Below, one piece after another: positions 49,454 to 62,012 of a stretch of 64,000 nucleotides of DNA. The DNA is from Torpedo marmorata (Eukaryota): positions 9,610,001-9,674,000 of the forward strand of contig OZ360246.1 in NCBI GenBank assembly GCA_977017645.1, read 5' to 3'. A program made the position numbers and the translations under genes. The stretch's first letter is position 1. Each line of letters starts with the position of its first letter. The notes under the pieces are model-generated. The model did not search any database, was not told the DNA's origin, and worked only from the letters and a program-made list of their open reading frames with translations.

Positions 49454-50564
49454 CCCTGCTGCTCCCCAATTCCCCTCACCTCTCCCCTCTTACTGCTCAT
49501 CTTCATTCAGCACATTCCATGTTTGAATCCCTTCCTGTCCTTTACCTGGCTCTTCGATCGTGGCCCTTTGTTGAGCTCGAAGAAATCATCCATTACCATG
49601 TGGTGTGTTATTACAATCCATGAAATGCTTTGTAAAGTCTGGAATAAGGTTTGACGCTGTTTGATTCTTGTCTCTGTTTTCTCAATTTGACTCCTTTTTG
49701 CTGTCTATTTAGTGAGAGAATCAAGGACAAAATATTTAAGTCGCATGTCTGTCCTCTGATGCCCAAGGCTGGTGTTAGTTATCTGTCTGCAGTCAATTAG
49801 TGGTGCAGTCACCTCTCTGCAACTGTTTCTGGCTTCAAGTCCAACTCCAGACGCTTGAGGAAATAAATTTCAGGTGACACTGAAATGCAGCAATGTCGGA
49901 GTCCACTGTGGCTTTGTTTTGAAGTCTGCCAGAGAATTCCTCCCCAGTATCCTGGGTGAAAATTTCCCACACTTAGTGTTACGAAAACGCAATGTCCGAT
50001 TTTGTTTTTGGCAGTTCGCTCTGTACGAAATGGCCGCTGCAATTTCCCTATTACATTGTCAACATCACTGCGAAGTGCGTTGGAACAACTGAAAGAGATG
50101 GGGAAGGTACCATAGAAATGTGCTTCTGCCTCTTTGGGTTATACGCGGTCTTGCGCAATCATTGAAAAAAATGTTGTCCTCGAAGGCTGTGCAGAGTAAA
50201 TCGCAATCTCCACCTGAGTTCTGTTTCAGCAGTCGCCTTGTAACAGCCTTTCTTCACATTGGAGAAGTGAAGTCACTGACCCCGTCACTTCAGGAGACTA
50301 ATTACCCTTTACATTGCTCAGGCCGTTTACTGGTTATGAGTTGTGTGCTGTTATTCAAATAAATATTGATTGCATTGACTAAATATTCATTGGTACAAAA
50401 GGGATCAGTGTTGACAAATTATCCACCCCATGAGTTGGGTAGCAATAATGTACAGGAAGAGATGAATTCCCAGTTATCTTTGTGAAACATTGTACTGTTT
50501 GATGCATGGTAATGTTTTCGAAGAAGGCCAGAGCGGTTTGAACAAACTATCTTTATTTGTGCAG

Positions 50565-50702
50565 GCAACGGTTGGAACTGATGCGTGAGATGTACGATCG
50601 TGCTGGCGAAATGGCTTCCAACACACAAGAGGAGAGTGAGGGCATCATGACAGGCAGCGACCCGTTCTATGACCGCTTCCATTGGTTTAAACTCGTGGGA
50701 AG
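50565..50702 (+). CDS. KIF1B: KIF1B-beta exon
   Basis: gtgcag|GCAA; [45 protein letters not shown]; AG|gtactt; 138 nt. Confidence 0.97.
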
Positions 50703-51152
50703 GTACTTTATCCCCTCTCCTCCACATCAAAGCTGTCTGGCAGACAGCTCGACAGTTGTGAGACCTGTATTGGCTGAGATGTCAGTCATGCTGATGAAAT
50801 GGATTTATTTATTTTTTTTGCTGTTACATTTTCCGATCTTTTTATCTGCAGGTGCAATTAATGCTGCAGAAACATTTTACATCAAATCCAAGGGATTAAA
50901 TGTTGTTGAATGATATCAGAAGCACAGATTTCTGTGCAATTCATAACAGCATGAAACTCACAAAAAAAGTGTGCTGTCAGATTTGTATTTCAGAAAGCAC
51001 TCTGCCAAGCAGTGATCATGTAAACATCTATTTGTTGGATTTAATGAGATCATAATAGAGCCTTTGGTTTTTGAAGTGCCTTGGCTGTTCAGTTTATCTG
51101 CAATTTTGTGCTCTGTTGCTGAAATATGGATTATAAATGCATGTAATTTTTT

Positions 51153-51644
51153 TAAAAATATTTTTAATTTTCAGTAATTTTCACCAAACAGTAATAATCT
51201 CAAAATATACACAAATTTCAAACGTATCAAGTACAGAATACATTACACCCCTTAACCCTCCCTTCCCCACCCAAAAAGAATAAAACCGAGACAAAAGAGA
51301 AAGAAAACTAAGCGTACCGTCAGCACTGACAACTTTTTTTCCCCAAGTATTTGGGGATGCCACACCCTTAAAATAATTATACATTACAGTATATCATACC
51401 TCAGGGGTTTGATTACAACTGAGCACTAATGTGCTCCAAGTATGGTTGCCACACTTTAACAAAGTTATCATATTTATTTCTAAGACTATATGTAATATTT
51501 TCCATGGGGATAATGCTTACATTTCTGTAGACCATCGAGTGATAAGAAGGGGGGAGTCAGACTTCCAAGTAACTACGATGCATTTTTTTGCTACGGACAG
51601 AGCAACTTTTACAAATTGAATTTGGAATTTAGATAATCTGTTGC
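51153..51644 (-). mobile_element. L1/Tx1-like LINE 3' fragment
   Basis: 22-bp TSD TTAT(A/G)AATGCATGTAATTTTTT (51131-51152, 51645-51666); minus-strand peptide IPMENITY. Confidence 0.8.
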
Positions 51645-52481
51645 TTATGAATGCATGTAATTTTTTGACTAGGACAACTATTATAAGTCATCAGGGAGGC
51701 AATGGTTAACTTTAGGTGATAGCATATTTTGTAGTTTGGTCTTCATCTTTAACTCCCTCTGGGGCTCAGGATCCTGGGAAAGGTTGACAGGAGGCACCTC
51801 TCGCTGTAAAATCTACAGCTGTGGGATACAGTCTTGGGGTTTAAGATGGCCTGCCGAGTTGAGATGAAACATGTCTTTATTCAAAGAGCTGCAAATGCTC
51901 CGCGATGGGTCTTGGGCTGAGAATGATGGAATTTTTTTGCACATCTGATGGAATTGATGTACTAGGGCCGGGTGGGAGAGCAGCTAGAGACAGCGTAGCG
52001 ACTCTCGCTGTGCATCCAAGTTTTGCTTGCGTTCCTCGAACAAAATTGGCCAGTTTTGCAAGGGCTTGGCAATGAAATCGACCCATCGCTGGGATCACTG
52101 ATGGAGATTAATAGCAGTTACACAGGGATTGTAAATGAACAAAGGAGAAACTTGATGTGGACAGACTGATGCTCCTATGTTGTACCAGAAATGTTTACAG
52201 AGGGTGAACTTTCCTTCCCTGAAATAAAGATTAACTCTTGTTTTCTCTTAAATTGTACACTGCCCCTGCTCAGCATGTTTCTGCCCGTGTCCGGGAAGGC
52301 CAGTTATCATATTAACCTCACCGTGATGACAAACTGACCATCAAAGGCCAAGGATGTTTGGCTCCATGTTACTAATTAATCACACTGATCCATAGTTTCA
52401 TTCCTAAATGCAAGGCTCACACCAAATGTTTGCAGTTTTTCTTTCTCATCTCATCCTTCCTGAATCCACTGCTCCTGCCAG

Positions 52482-52493
52482 TGAAGCGAGCAG
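52482..52493 (+). CDS. KIF1B: Candidate 12-nt in-frame microexon of KIF1B-beta
   Basis: Long pyrimidine tract ending tgctcctgccag, then TGAAGCGAGCAG, then consensus donor gtaagt; phase 2-2 matches the flanking exons and adds S-E-A-S. Confidence 0.6.
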
Positions 52494-53616
52494 GTAAGTG
52501 GGAGTACCTATTTGTTTGAGGTTTTCCTCCATTGTACACCACCCTGATTTGGCAAAATATATATATATTTGACTTGAATTATTGCAGAAGGAGGCCATTC
52601 AGTCCATTTGATCCATGCTGGCTCCCAGTAGAGCAATCCCATCAATCCCATTCTCCCTCTCTTGTTATGTCCACTTCCCATCACTCCCCTTTGATTATTT
52701 TGGTGCTTATCTACATGGAAGGCTAAGTTACTATGGCCAATTAATGATAATGAAAATGTTTATTGTCATATATGTTTTACAGTGTAGATATGCATCGAAA
52801 TTCTTACTTACCAAATAACACGTGGTGTCGGAGGAACTGGACTATGTGGGAGTGGGGGCACACTGCCACAAATAGCATCAGGGGTCAGGATTGAACCAAG
52901 GTCACTGTAACTATAGAGGAGCAGCGGTAACCTCTGTGCCACCGTGTCATCCATCGTCGCTGAATCCTCGAGCTCTTGACCATACTGAACGTACATTCAG
53001 ACAACATTGACCACAGAAGCTGAAGACAGCAGCTTCCCACCACCACTTCATCAAGGACATCTAAATCCTAATGTTCCAAGATGGCCTACTTTAGCTTCTG
53101 TGGTCATCTACAGGTGCTCCACACCTGGGCCCAGTGCCTCGAGGTTACCTGCGCCCTGTGGGATTGAAGCCACCTCAGAGTAGACAGCAGATGAGGTGGC
53201 CATATCTGGTTGAAGCTCACCTCAAAGGTCTTGGACTTTGATCTGCCAAGAGAGAACCCCCTGGCTTCCTCTAGTGGGGACTGCTCACCCAACCAGAGAA
53301 TAAATGCTGGCCTCCCAGTGGCAGCCACATCCCGCAAATTAATTAAAACTAAATAGAACCAGAGTTGTTACAGTACCAACAGAGGGCCATTTAGCCCATT
53401 GAGACCATGTTGGTTCCTTGTAGAGTAAACTATTGTGAGCTGTTACGCTACTCCCTTCCCTGTAATCCTGCAAGTTATTTTTCCCAAAGGTGTTTATTGT
53501 TTCCTTTTGGAAAGTCCTAATTGACTGAGAGTTCTGGATCATAGCTGTCCTGGATTTTTTTTTTAAATCCTAAATATCTTTCCATTTTCTTCACTCACCG
53601 TTTTAAAATCAAGTCT

Positions 53617-53956
53617 ATAAGACCACAAGATATAGAAGCAGAAGTAGGCCTTTCGGCCCATTGAGTCTGCTCCGCTTTCTATCATGAGCTGATCCATTCT
53701 CCCACAGCCCCACTCCCCTGCCTTCCCCCCAGAACCTTTAATACCCTGACTATTAAGATACCTATCAATTGCTGCCTTAAATGCACCCAACAACTTGTCC
53801 TCCACAGTCCCCCGTGATTGCAAATTCCAGAGGTTCACCACTCTGGCTAAAGAAATTCCTCCACATCTGTTTTAAATGGGCACCCTTCAATCCTGAAGTT
53901 GTGCCTTGACTCCCCGACCATGAGAAACAACTTTGCCACATCTACTCTGTCCAGGG
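53617..53956 (-). mobile_element. CR1-type LINE 3' fragment
   Basis: Minus ORF VNLWNL...LGAFKAAIDRYLNSQGIKG; same family as 1012-1294. Confidence 0.85.
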
Positions 53957-54420
53957 CCTGGTTCCCTGATTCTTAAACCAAACACTAACAGGAATGCCTT
54001 CTCTCTACTCACTATCTAAACCTGTCATGATCTTGCATTCGCCTTTAACATAATAAAGACCTCTTAAACTTCAGTGCTCCGAAGTAATAATCTTGACCAT
54101 CCCGAGTTTCCTATCTGGATTCTAGCATGTGCGGTTTCTTTTGTCTTCAGTTTTCTCTGACTTTTTTTGGAAAACCAAAAAATTCTGTGGCAGATCTTCA
54201 TATTCATTGCACGATGACATTACTTTATTTCTTGCCGGCTCGAAAATGGTCATAATGGATCGTGTTTGTCATGTAGACGATAGAGGAAGATGTTACCAAA
54301 CTTCATCATGATGCTTTGAGCTTTGGAATTCTGCTTTGGTGACTCTCTCAGAACCTGGCCACAGAATGCCATTTGAAACAATTATTGGTGCCTGAAAAGA
54401 AACCTCAGCATCCTCTATGT

Positions 54421-54794
54421 CAGTGGTTTTCAAACTGCCCCCCTAAACTCACATTCTACCTTAAGCAATCTCTATGCCATAAGTGCTCTGTGATTAGTAA
54501 GGGATTGCCTAAGGTAGTATGTGATTGGGAAAAAAAGGTTGAGAACCACTGCTCTCGACCCAATTGTTACTGAAATATTTTGCTTGAGAAAAATTGTCTT
54601 TGGCCCATTTCCTTTGGAGTTATGAAACCGTGCACATAACGAGTCAATTAGGTTCGATTAAAACAGTGGTTTTCAAACTTTTTCTTTCCACTCACATACC
54701 ACCTTATGCAATCCCTTACTAATCACAGAGCACTTATGGCATAGGGATTGCTTAAGGTGGAATGTGAGTGTAGGGGGCAGTTTGAAAACTACTG
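54421..54794. mobile_element. Composite hAT-type MITE made of two inverted 131-bp units
   Basis: Outer TIRs CAGTGGTTTTCAAACTGCCCC / GGGGCAGTTTGAAAACTACTG; 8-bp TSD CTCTATGT (54413-54420, 54795-54802). Confidence 0.9.
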
Positions 54795-55476
54795 CTCTAT
54801 GTGAACTGTATTTGGACCATATATAGACAGGCGTGTCACTGATCATCAGCTGCAAACACTTGCTGAACTGTGACTGAAGTGAAGGATTAACCAGCTGTTG
54901 GTGCTGAGTTAGTTGTTTCTCAGGTTTCCCGTCTCCCGCTGGCTCTGAGCTGCTTCAGTAACATACACATCTGCTGAAATGTTTGTGCCCATGGAAAAGT
55001 TTTAAGAGCTCTGTCCACTTTGCCCAGCAGAATATTTTAAGGGAAGTGAATTATCTACCTGCTGCTAAATAACTACCGGTAGTTAAAATGTGGGAAGAAA
55101 ATTTTACTTCAAGAAGTGGCTTGACCAGTTTATTCAAATATTAGAAATTGAGGCTTGTGTTTTTGGGAACCATAGATAGTGGGGGCTGGGCCTTTCCCAA
55201 TGAATCAGAACCTGATGCATACTCATGATCTGAGCTGATAGTGGAAAGGTTTGTGTGCATGGCGATGCTTGATTTTACTAGACCCAGCTCTAACTTTAAA
55301 ATCGCGCCACTTTTCTCGAAGGAAAATCCTTCTCTCGGCCAACTCTTGAGTCCCAATAACATTTTGATCAGATGAGTCATCTCAGCCATCTAAACGTCTA
55401 AGTTCCTGCTCTCATCATTGATCCTTTGAGCCTCTGTTTTGTTTTACTCGGTCTGCATCATGTACCCAGAAAGGTA

Positions 55477-55671
55477 CAGTAAAACCCCTGGTATCTGGCA
55501 CCTATGGGGATTGATAGATGCCGGATAAGTGAATTTTCCGATTGCTTGAGGTTGCGTGATTGGCGAACTAACAGCGAGGCGCGCCAATTTTAAACTTCTG
55601 TATTTTTTACCTATTTATTTTCCGCAATTATTTTGCCGGTTGCTTAATTCCGGATTACAGCATTTTTACTG
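55477..55671. mobile_element. Tigger-like MITE
   Basis: TA-CAGTAAAA...TTTTACTG-TA termini with CCGGATAA-type subterminal motifs. Confidence 0.75.
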
Positions 55672-57275
55672 TATTTTCTTGGATACAATACCTGTACGGA
55701 ATGCAATCTCTTGATGGGTATTGACCAAAACTTTCACGTCTGAAATGTAATGTAATCTAAAATGCCTTTCAACATACTGAGATAAAATGACCAATGAAAT
55801 GGAAAAACTGATTGGATTTTCTCCCCCCGTTTTAGGATTAGTTTAGGATCAACGTTCAATGGTTTGTGTTCCTGAACTCTCAAGTTCCTTGGCTTTGTCA
55901 GTTGTTTTTATTGTCTGATCATTTAGAAAATATTGTGCCTTTCTTAGACTATCCTCACAACCCACTCTGATGTGAATTTGTCTCTTTGTAACCCCGATCT
56001 GTAGCCAAATCTCTCCAAAGCTCAGCACATCCCTATTTTTCAAACTGGATATGTGCTTTCACTTACTTCATCCCTCCTGTTCTGCTTGTTTGTGGACAGA
56101 GCCTGTAGTGAAGTAGCCCTCCCCATCCCACTCGTGTGCCCTTAAGGTATCCTCCCAACTCTTTTTGGCAGCCCAGTGATGCTGTGAGGGACTCCTGCAT
56201 TGTTGAAGGTGACTTTTCTCTCATGAGCTATTAAACAAATGTGGTGCTCTCCGATGTGCATAAAAGATTTTGCAATGCCATTTTGAACACCAGTTAATTT
56301 ATCCCCAGTTTCCCGCCCAGTTATCTCTGCATTGACAACCCTAAAGCAGATGGTTGATTTTGCCATTGTCACGTCACTTGATGTGAAAGATTGCAGTGAG
56401 CAAATTGGATGCAGTGTATCCTGACTACAACATTGTCTGCTCTTTACGTGCATCATTTATTCGCTGTAAAGTGCATCGGGATGTCCTGCATTCATGAAAG
56501 ATGACATAAAAATTAAGTTCTTCCAATTTGTTTTTTCTTTGTAGTTTTCATTGCTGCATGTTGCTCCCAAGGTAACTTAAAATTGTTTGTCATTTCAGTG
56601 CTCCTGCACTGTTGTAAGCAAGGATATTGCTCTGACAAAGCTGGTGCCAAGTTCTCTAGGATACGACCCCCTTCTTCCCACACCTGTTTTCCAGCTGCAT
56701 TTTCTTTCCCGATCTGTTTATTCCTGTGTCATTCAGTATCTCGGTCCTGGACCTAATTTTATATCCTGCTTTTGAAATGCGTCCAGTTCCTAACATTCCC
56801 ACATTAGGGACACACCCTTTTATTCCCTTTTGGATCTGACATCGATCTCCACTCTTTCCAAGATTCCATTCAGCCAGAGTGTGATCACATTTCTGGCAAC
56901 GTCGATCATAATTGCAGAGAATTGCAGTTGTGACAAAGGGTCATCGATCTGAAACATTAACTCTGTTTTCCATTCCACAGATGCGGCCTGACCTGAGAAT
57001 TTCCATAGTTTTCTATCTTAATTGCAGAGAATACGCTGGTCCATTGAATTATGAAATCTGTAACTGCAGCTTTGCTCTTTATCTCTTTCTGTTTGGATCC
57101 TTGTGTTACAGTTTAGGGCTGCAATTGCACATTTGATGAAAATGATCACTTCAAAAGTAATCCAGTGATCCTAAGTGCAGTCAAATAATTTATAAAGCCT
57201 GTTACAAAATGCTGGTAAATCGCTGGAAATTTGAGTCATTTGAGAGAAGCAATTATCTTTTAAAACCACAAACTA

Positions 57276-57463
57276 TAGATGCTGGACTAAAATCTTGAGC
57301 AAACCATGAGCTGCTGGAGGAACTCGAGAGGTCAGGCAGCGTCCACAGGAAGAAATGGTCAGCATTTCGGGTTGGGATTCATCAAAGGGCCCTGACCCGA
57401 AATGTTGACGGACCATTTTGACCCATGGATCTGCCTGACCTGCTGAGTTCCTCCAGCTTCTCA
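57276..57463. mobile_element. Head-to-head Penelope-terminus hairpin element
   Basis: GCTGGAGGAACTC...GGTCAGGCAG...CAGCATTTCGGGT arm pairs with ACCCGAAATGTTG...CTGCCTGACC...GAGTTCCTCCAGC. Confidence 0.72.
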
Positions 57464-57682
57464 GAGGGTTTCTTTAAATCAAACATTCTTTAATTATGTT
57501 TCTTGGTCTCTAATGTTTTAATATATTCAAGACAAATGATCTATGAAAGGTCAAGTGTGGAATTGTTCATTCTAGCTTGAAGAGATTGAAATAATCATTA
57601 ATACGCTTTTTCTCTGAAATAAAAGTTAGTGTTGACTCGTGCAATGGAAAATAACCCTTTCTTACCCTTAACTATGCTCCAG

Positions 57683-57931
57683 TTCCCCAATTTTCCACGG
57701 CTGTGTGAACGAGCACCTTGCTGATCGCACCCCCTCGCCCACCTTCTCCACAGCTGATTCTGACATCACTGAGCTTGCTGATGAGCAGCAAGACGAGATT
57801 GAGGATCTGGATGATGAAGCCTTTGTGGACGATACTAGCTCAGATCTGGGCAACGAAGAGGGCTCTGACATCTTCGGCGATGGGCAGGATCCGTTTTATG
57901 ACCGGTCCCCATGGTTCATTTTGGTGGGAAG
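57683..57931 (+). CDS. KIF1B: KIF1B-beta symmetric (skippable) exon, acidic insert
   Basis: ctccag|TTCC; SPIFHGCVNEHLADRTPSPTFSTADSDITELADEQQDEIEDLDDEAFVDD...DPFYDRSPWFILVG; AG|gttggt; 249 nt, phase 2-2. Confidence 0.96.
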
Positions 57932-59259
57932 GTTGGTGAGGTTTCTTGGAGAACAGTGGGAAGGGACTAGCTCTTTTCATTGGAAGCCTTTAGAAATCAA
58001 GCATCAAAACAATTGTATTTCACCAGGCATGAAAAGATTTGCATTATTGCAGCATTTAGCTCATGGAGGTAGGGATTTTCGTTAATGTTTTGAAAGAAAG
58101 AAAGTCAGTTTCACAAAAAAAATTGCATAGCCCTTAATAACTTGGTGCCTTCCTTCTCAACTGAGAACATTTAACATGACTTGATTTCAAAATATTTCCA
58201 TTTAATGCTATTGGCGTCAGCTCACCCCCACGGATTAAAGGATTTGTGCTGTCTGGTTTTAAGCTGCTGGATGTAAAATGTACTCCAGTCACTATTGCTG
58301 ATGAGAGTAATGACTCAAGTGCATTAAGTTGACAGGCTGTGTTTGAGTAAAAGACCACTCTAATCTGTACACACGGGAACATCCACGAGAATCACAATTA
58401 ATTTGCAGCAATAATCTTTGTTCATTTGTCCCCTTTAGTAATTGTGATTTTTATGCCAGCCTTCTGAAAAAAACAAAGGCTGGTTAGTGGGCCACAAAGA
58501 TTTGTGCCAATGCAACAAAATAGATTTGGATCAGATTAGAAGCTATCGTATTTATTTGAACCTCGATGAGGTGGGGTTTGACATCCACTGTGGCTGAAAC
58601 TAGGCTGTGGTGCACATCTATTTTTCACTGGACTGAATATTTAAATTTGGTCCAACACTCGACACTTCTTTTGCACTTGGCGTGCACTTGATGCATGTCT
58701 TAGCACAAAACTCGGACTGTTGAGTGAATGCTGGCAGTGATACTTTTGAGTCTAAATAAATCTCCCTTGTTAATCCGTGATCCGTAGGGGTGCAGACTGG
58801 GTGGGCGGGTGGTGAAAAATATATTATGCGAGGTTGCATCGTTATAATGTAAGGTTGGCTTCTTTGCAGTCATATTACTGCAATGGTCAACCAATTCATT
58901 GACTAATTAGTGCAAAGCAGATGCATTATACATGAATCTTCTACCTAATTCCATGAACTAAACTAAAGATCAGGCACTGACTGCTGGAAATGAAACTATC
59001 ATAAATGTGTGGGGTGTACATGGCTTTCTTAAATATTGCACAAGATGATGATCTCCTTGTAAATTTGTGCAGCAGAGTTTGCTTATTAGCATTCCAAATT
59101 TTGCCACCCAGGTTTATGGTGAAAATATATTTATTTGGTGCTTGAAAGATTGAATCAATCCTAAAATTGAATTAATTCACAGCTCCAGGAAAATAGCAAG
59201 TGTGATAATTGAAGACCACATAAGAAATGACAAATTGGCTTGCAGTAACTGCTTGATAA

Positions 59260-60148
59260 TCATAGAACATTACAGCTCAGAAACAGGCCCTTCAGCCCTT
59301 CTAGTCTGTGCCAAACTATTATTCTGCCTAGTTCCACTGACGTGCACCCAGTCCAGATCCCTCCATACCCCTCCCATCCATGTACCTGTCCAAATTTTTC
59401 TTAAATATTAAAATTGAGCCTGTATTCACTACTTCACGTAGCAGCTCGTTCCATACTCCCACCACACTCTGTGAAGAAATTCCCCCTAAACATCTCCCCT
59501 TTCACCCTTAACCTATGACCTCTGCTTTGTATCTTACCTAACATCAGTGTAAAAAGCCTGCTTGCATTTACTCTATCTACACCCATCATAATTTTGTATA
59601 CCTCTATCAAATCTCCCCTCATTCTTCTACACTTCGGGGAATAAAGTCCTAACCTGTTTAACCTTTCCCTTTCACTCAGTTCCTCAAGTCCTGGCAACAT
59701 CCTAGTAAATCTTCTCTGCACTTTTTCAATCTTATTGATAGCTTTCCTGTGGTTAGGTGACCAAAACAGCACACAATATTCCAAATTTGGCCTCACCAAT
59801 ATGTTATACAACTTTACCATGACATCCCAACTCCTATACTCAACACTGATTTATGATGGCCAATGTGCCAAAAGCTCTCTTTACGACCCTATCTACCTCT
59901 GATGCCGCTTTCAGCGAATTGTGTATCTGTGTTCCCAGATCTCTCTATTCTACCGCACTCCTCAGTGCCCTACCATTTACTGTGTATCTCCTACTTTGGT
60001 TTGTCCTTCCAACATGCAACACCTCACACTTAGCTGTATTAAATTCCATCTGCTATTTTTCAGCCCATTTTTCCAGCTGGTTGAGATCCCTCCACAAGCT
60101 TTGAAAGCCTTCCGCGCTGTCCACTACACCTCCAATCTTTGTGACATC
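59260..60148 (-). mobile_element. CR1-type LINE 3' fragment (same family as 33827-35900)
   Basis: Minus ORF LYNILVRPNLEYCVLFWSP...KVQRRFTRMLPGLEELS. Confidence 0.92.
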
Positions 60149-61744
60149 TACCATTCGTGTGCAGTCCAAGTTATTTGGAAATTAATATTATTTCCTGGAT
60201 TATTCCAGCAACTGTACAGAATGCAAATCTTGTGTGACATAAAATTAGGTTCCTGTTTGATTATTTCCATATAGCTGTGTTTTATATCCATCTGTCAATC
60301 TATAATATGATTATCCAAGGCAGAATATTTAGTCCAAAATGGAATGATTCTGCAAGAGATAAAATATATTTAATAAGCAGGTTTTTCTGTATGAATGTTT
60401 TTAAATTTACTTGGGTTGGTTAAAAGAGCTTGTCCCTTTGACTGTCTCCCATGGCATGCTGGGGCAGTATAACAATTTCATATTTCCAAGTTATTTCATA
60501 AAACAGATTACTTTGTAAAAGTTGTCTGCTGTCCCCAAATTGCATATGTTTGTGTTACTACTTCAACATTCCTTTACTATTGGCCGTAATTTTTACTTTT
60601 TGATTAGAATTTTATTTGGAAGATTGTTTTGTTTGGAGTTTGTTTATCAACATGCCATTTTTTTACCTCACCAATCTTACCGCTGATATTGTTTCACCCT
60701 CTTCAGTCTGCTGAAAGGAAGGCACATTAAGCGTAGATGTTACCATCAATTTCAAGCTGCGTTTCACAAGAGTAACTTTTGTTCTTTTGGCTGTCTCGAC
60801 AGTTTCCAAAAACCTCCAGTTTGCTCTTGCTTTCCAAAAGGTCACTATGTTTGCTCGGCAGTCTATGTGTGACGAAGGCTGTAGGATGGAATGGCAGCAA
60901 GGCATTTTAAATGTCCATCGGCCTCTCAACAAGTACAAGAGGGTCTGATTAGGCCTGTAAAAATACGATTTCTACATTTGAGATAGATGGGAAAACACAA
61001 TAACTTGTGAACTGCAATTGATGTATTTTAATTTCAATTATTTTTTACCATACCTTACTAAAGTATAGTTGTGCCGATAAATTCTGCAACTGATACTAAT
61101 TAATCCTGCCAACCTCTTTTGGATTATTTTTGATTATTCAAATCTGTAAACATTAGTGCTTTTTTTGCTTGTTTTTCTTTCTTTCTGATAATCTTTTGTA
61201 GTAAGTGTGCTTACTGACTCGAAGCAGACTGAATAAGGCTCATGTGATCCCTTTTTGTTCCATTTTAGGTTTTTTTGTCTCATTTTTAACTTTCATAATG
61301 CTAGTTTGACATATTCTCCCTTGTTTCACCACCTGTTTTTCATCGTGTTTATTTCAATCTAATTATGATTCATTTTTCTGTTTAGCTTTCATTATTACAG
61401 CACTTTCCCTCCTTTTCCCTCTCACGCAGTTTGAAGACACGTGGGTTTGGTAAACTTGAAGTTCTGGCCATGTGGATGCGGTTTGGGAGAGGGTTCAGAT
61501 AGTAATAGGTCATAATTATTATGAGTGTACCTAACCCCATCCATCTGAACAGTAAGGATTTGCAGATACCCCATGAAGCAGGAAGGCCATCTGAAGCATC
61601 ACATTACAGGGTTTGTTTTTTTTTTGCAGATCCTAATTTTGCTATTGTAAATTAAAATCCAGGGAACATTTCCTTTGAATATCTTGGGCGTCTAATTGTG
61701 TTGCCCAGGTTAAGTAAGTAATTTGGGAAGTGAGTGACATCACG

Positions 61745-61961
61745 CAGCCATTCTCAACCTTTTTTTCAGCTATGGCCCCCTGAGGACTCTGCTCAAAGTT
61801 TATGGGTCCCCTTTCCTGTGAAGCAGTCAAGTTTAGTTGGTTTCTTCCGTACTTCTCTCCTACCGACTACATAAAAAATATTTTATGATTTCAGTCCGTG
61901 ACCCCCTGGGTGGGGGTGGCGGTGGGGGTGAGGGGCGTACGGCCCCCGTTGAGAATGGCTG
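61745..61961. mobile_element. hAT-type MITE
   Basis: TIRs CAGCCATTCTCAAC / GTTGAGAATGGCTG; same body as 509-710. Confidence 0.86.
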
Positions 61962-62012
61962 ACATGGAGAAATAGAATCAATAGCTTTTAGCAAAACAAC
62001 AACCGATTCTTT

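Noticed and set aside
47930-49623. ORFs of 257-542 aa
   Set aside because: They consist almost entirely of X from N runs.
60707-60840. Acceptor ccctcttcag followed by an open frame
   Set aside because: Available donors are weak and out of phase with exon 63202; the peptide is not recognisable.
61170-61207. Possible recursive splice site (ttttgtagtaagt)
   Set aside because: The AG and GT share one G; a recursive site needs AG followed by GT.
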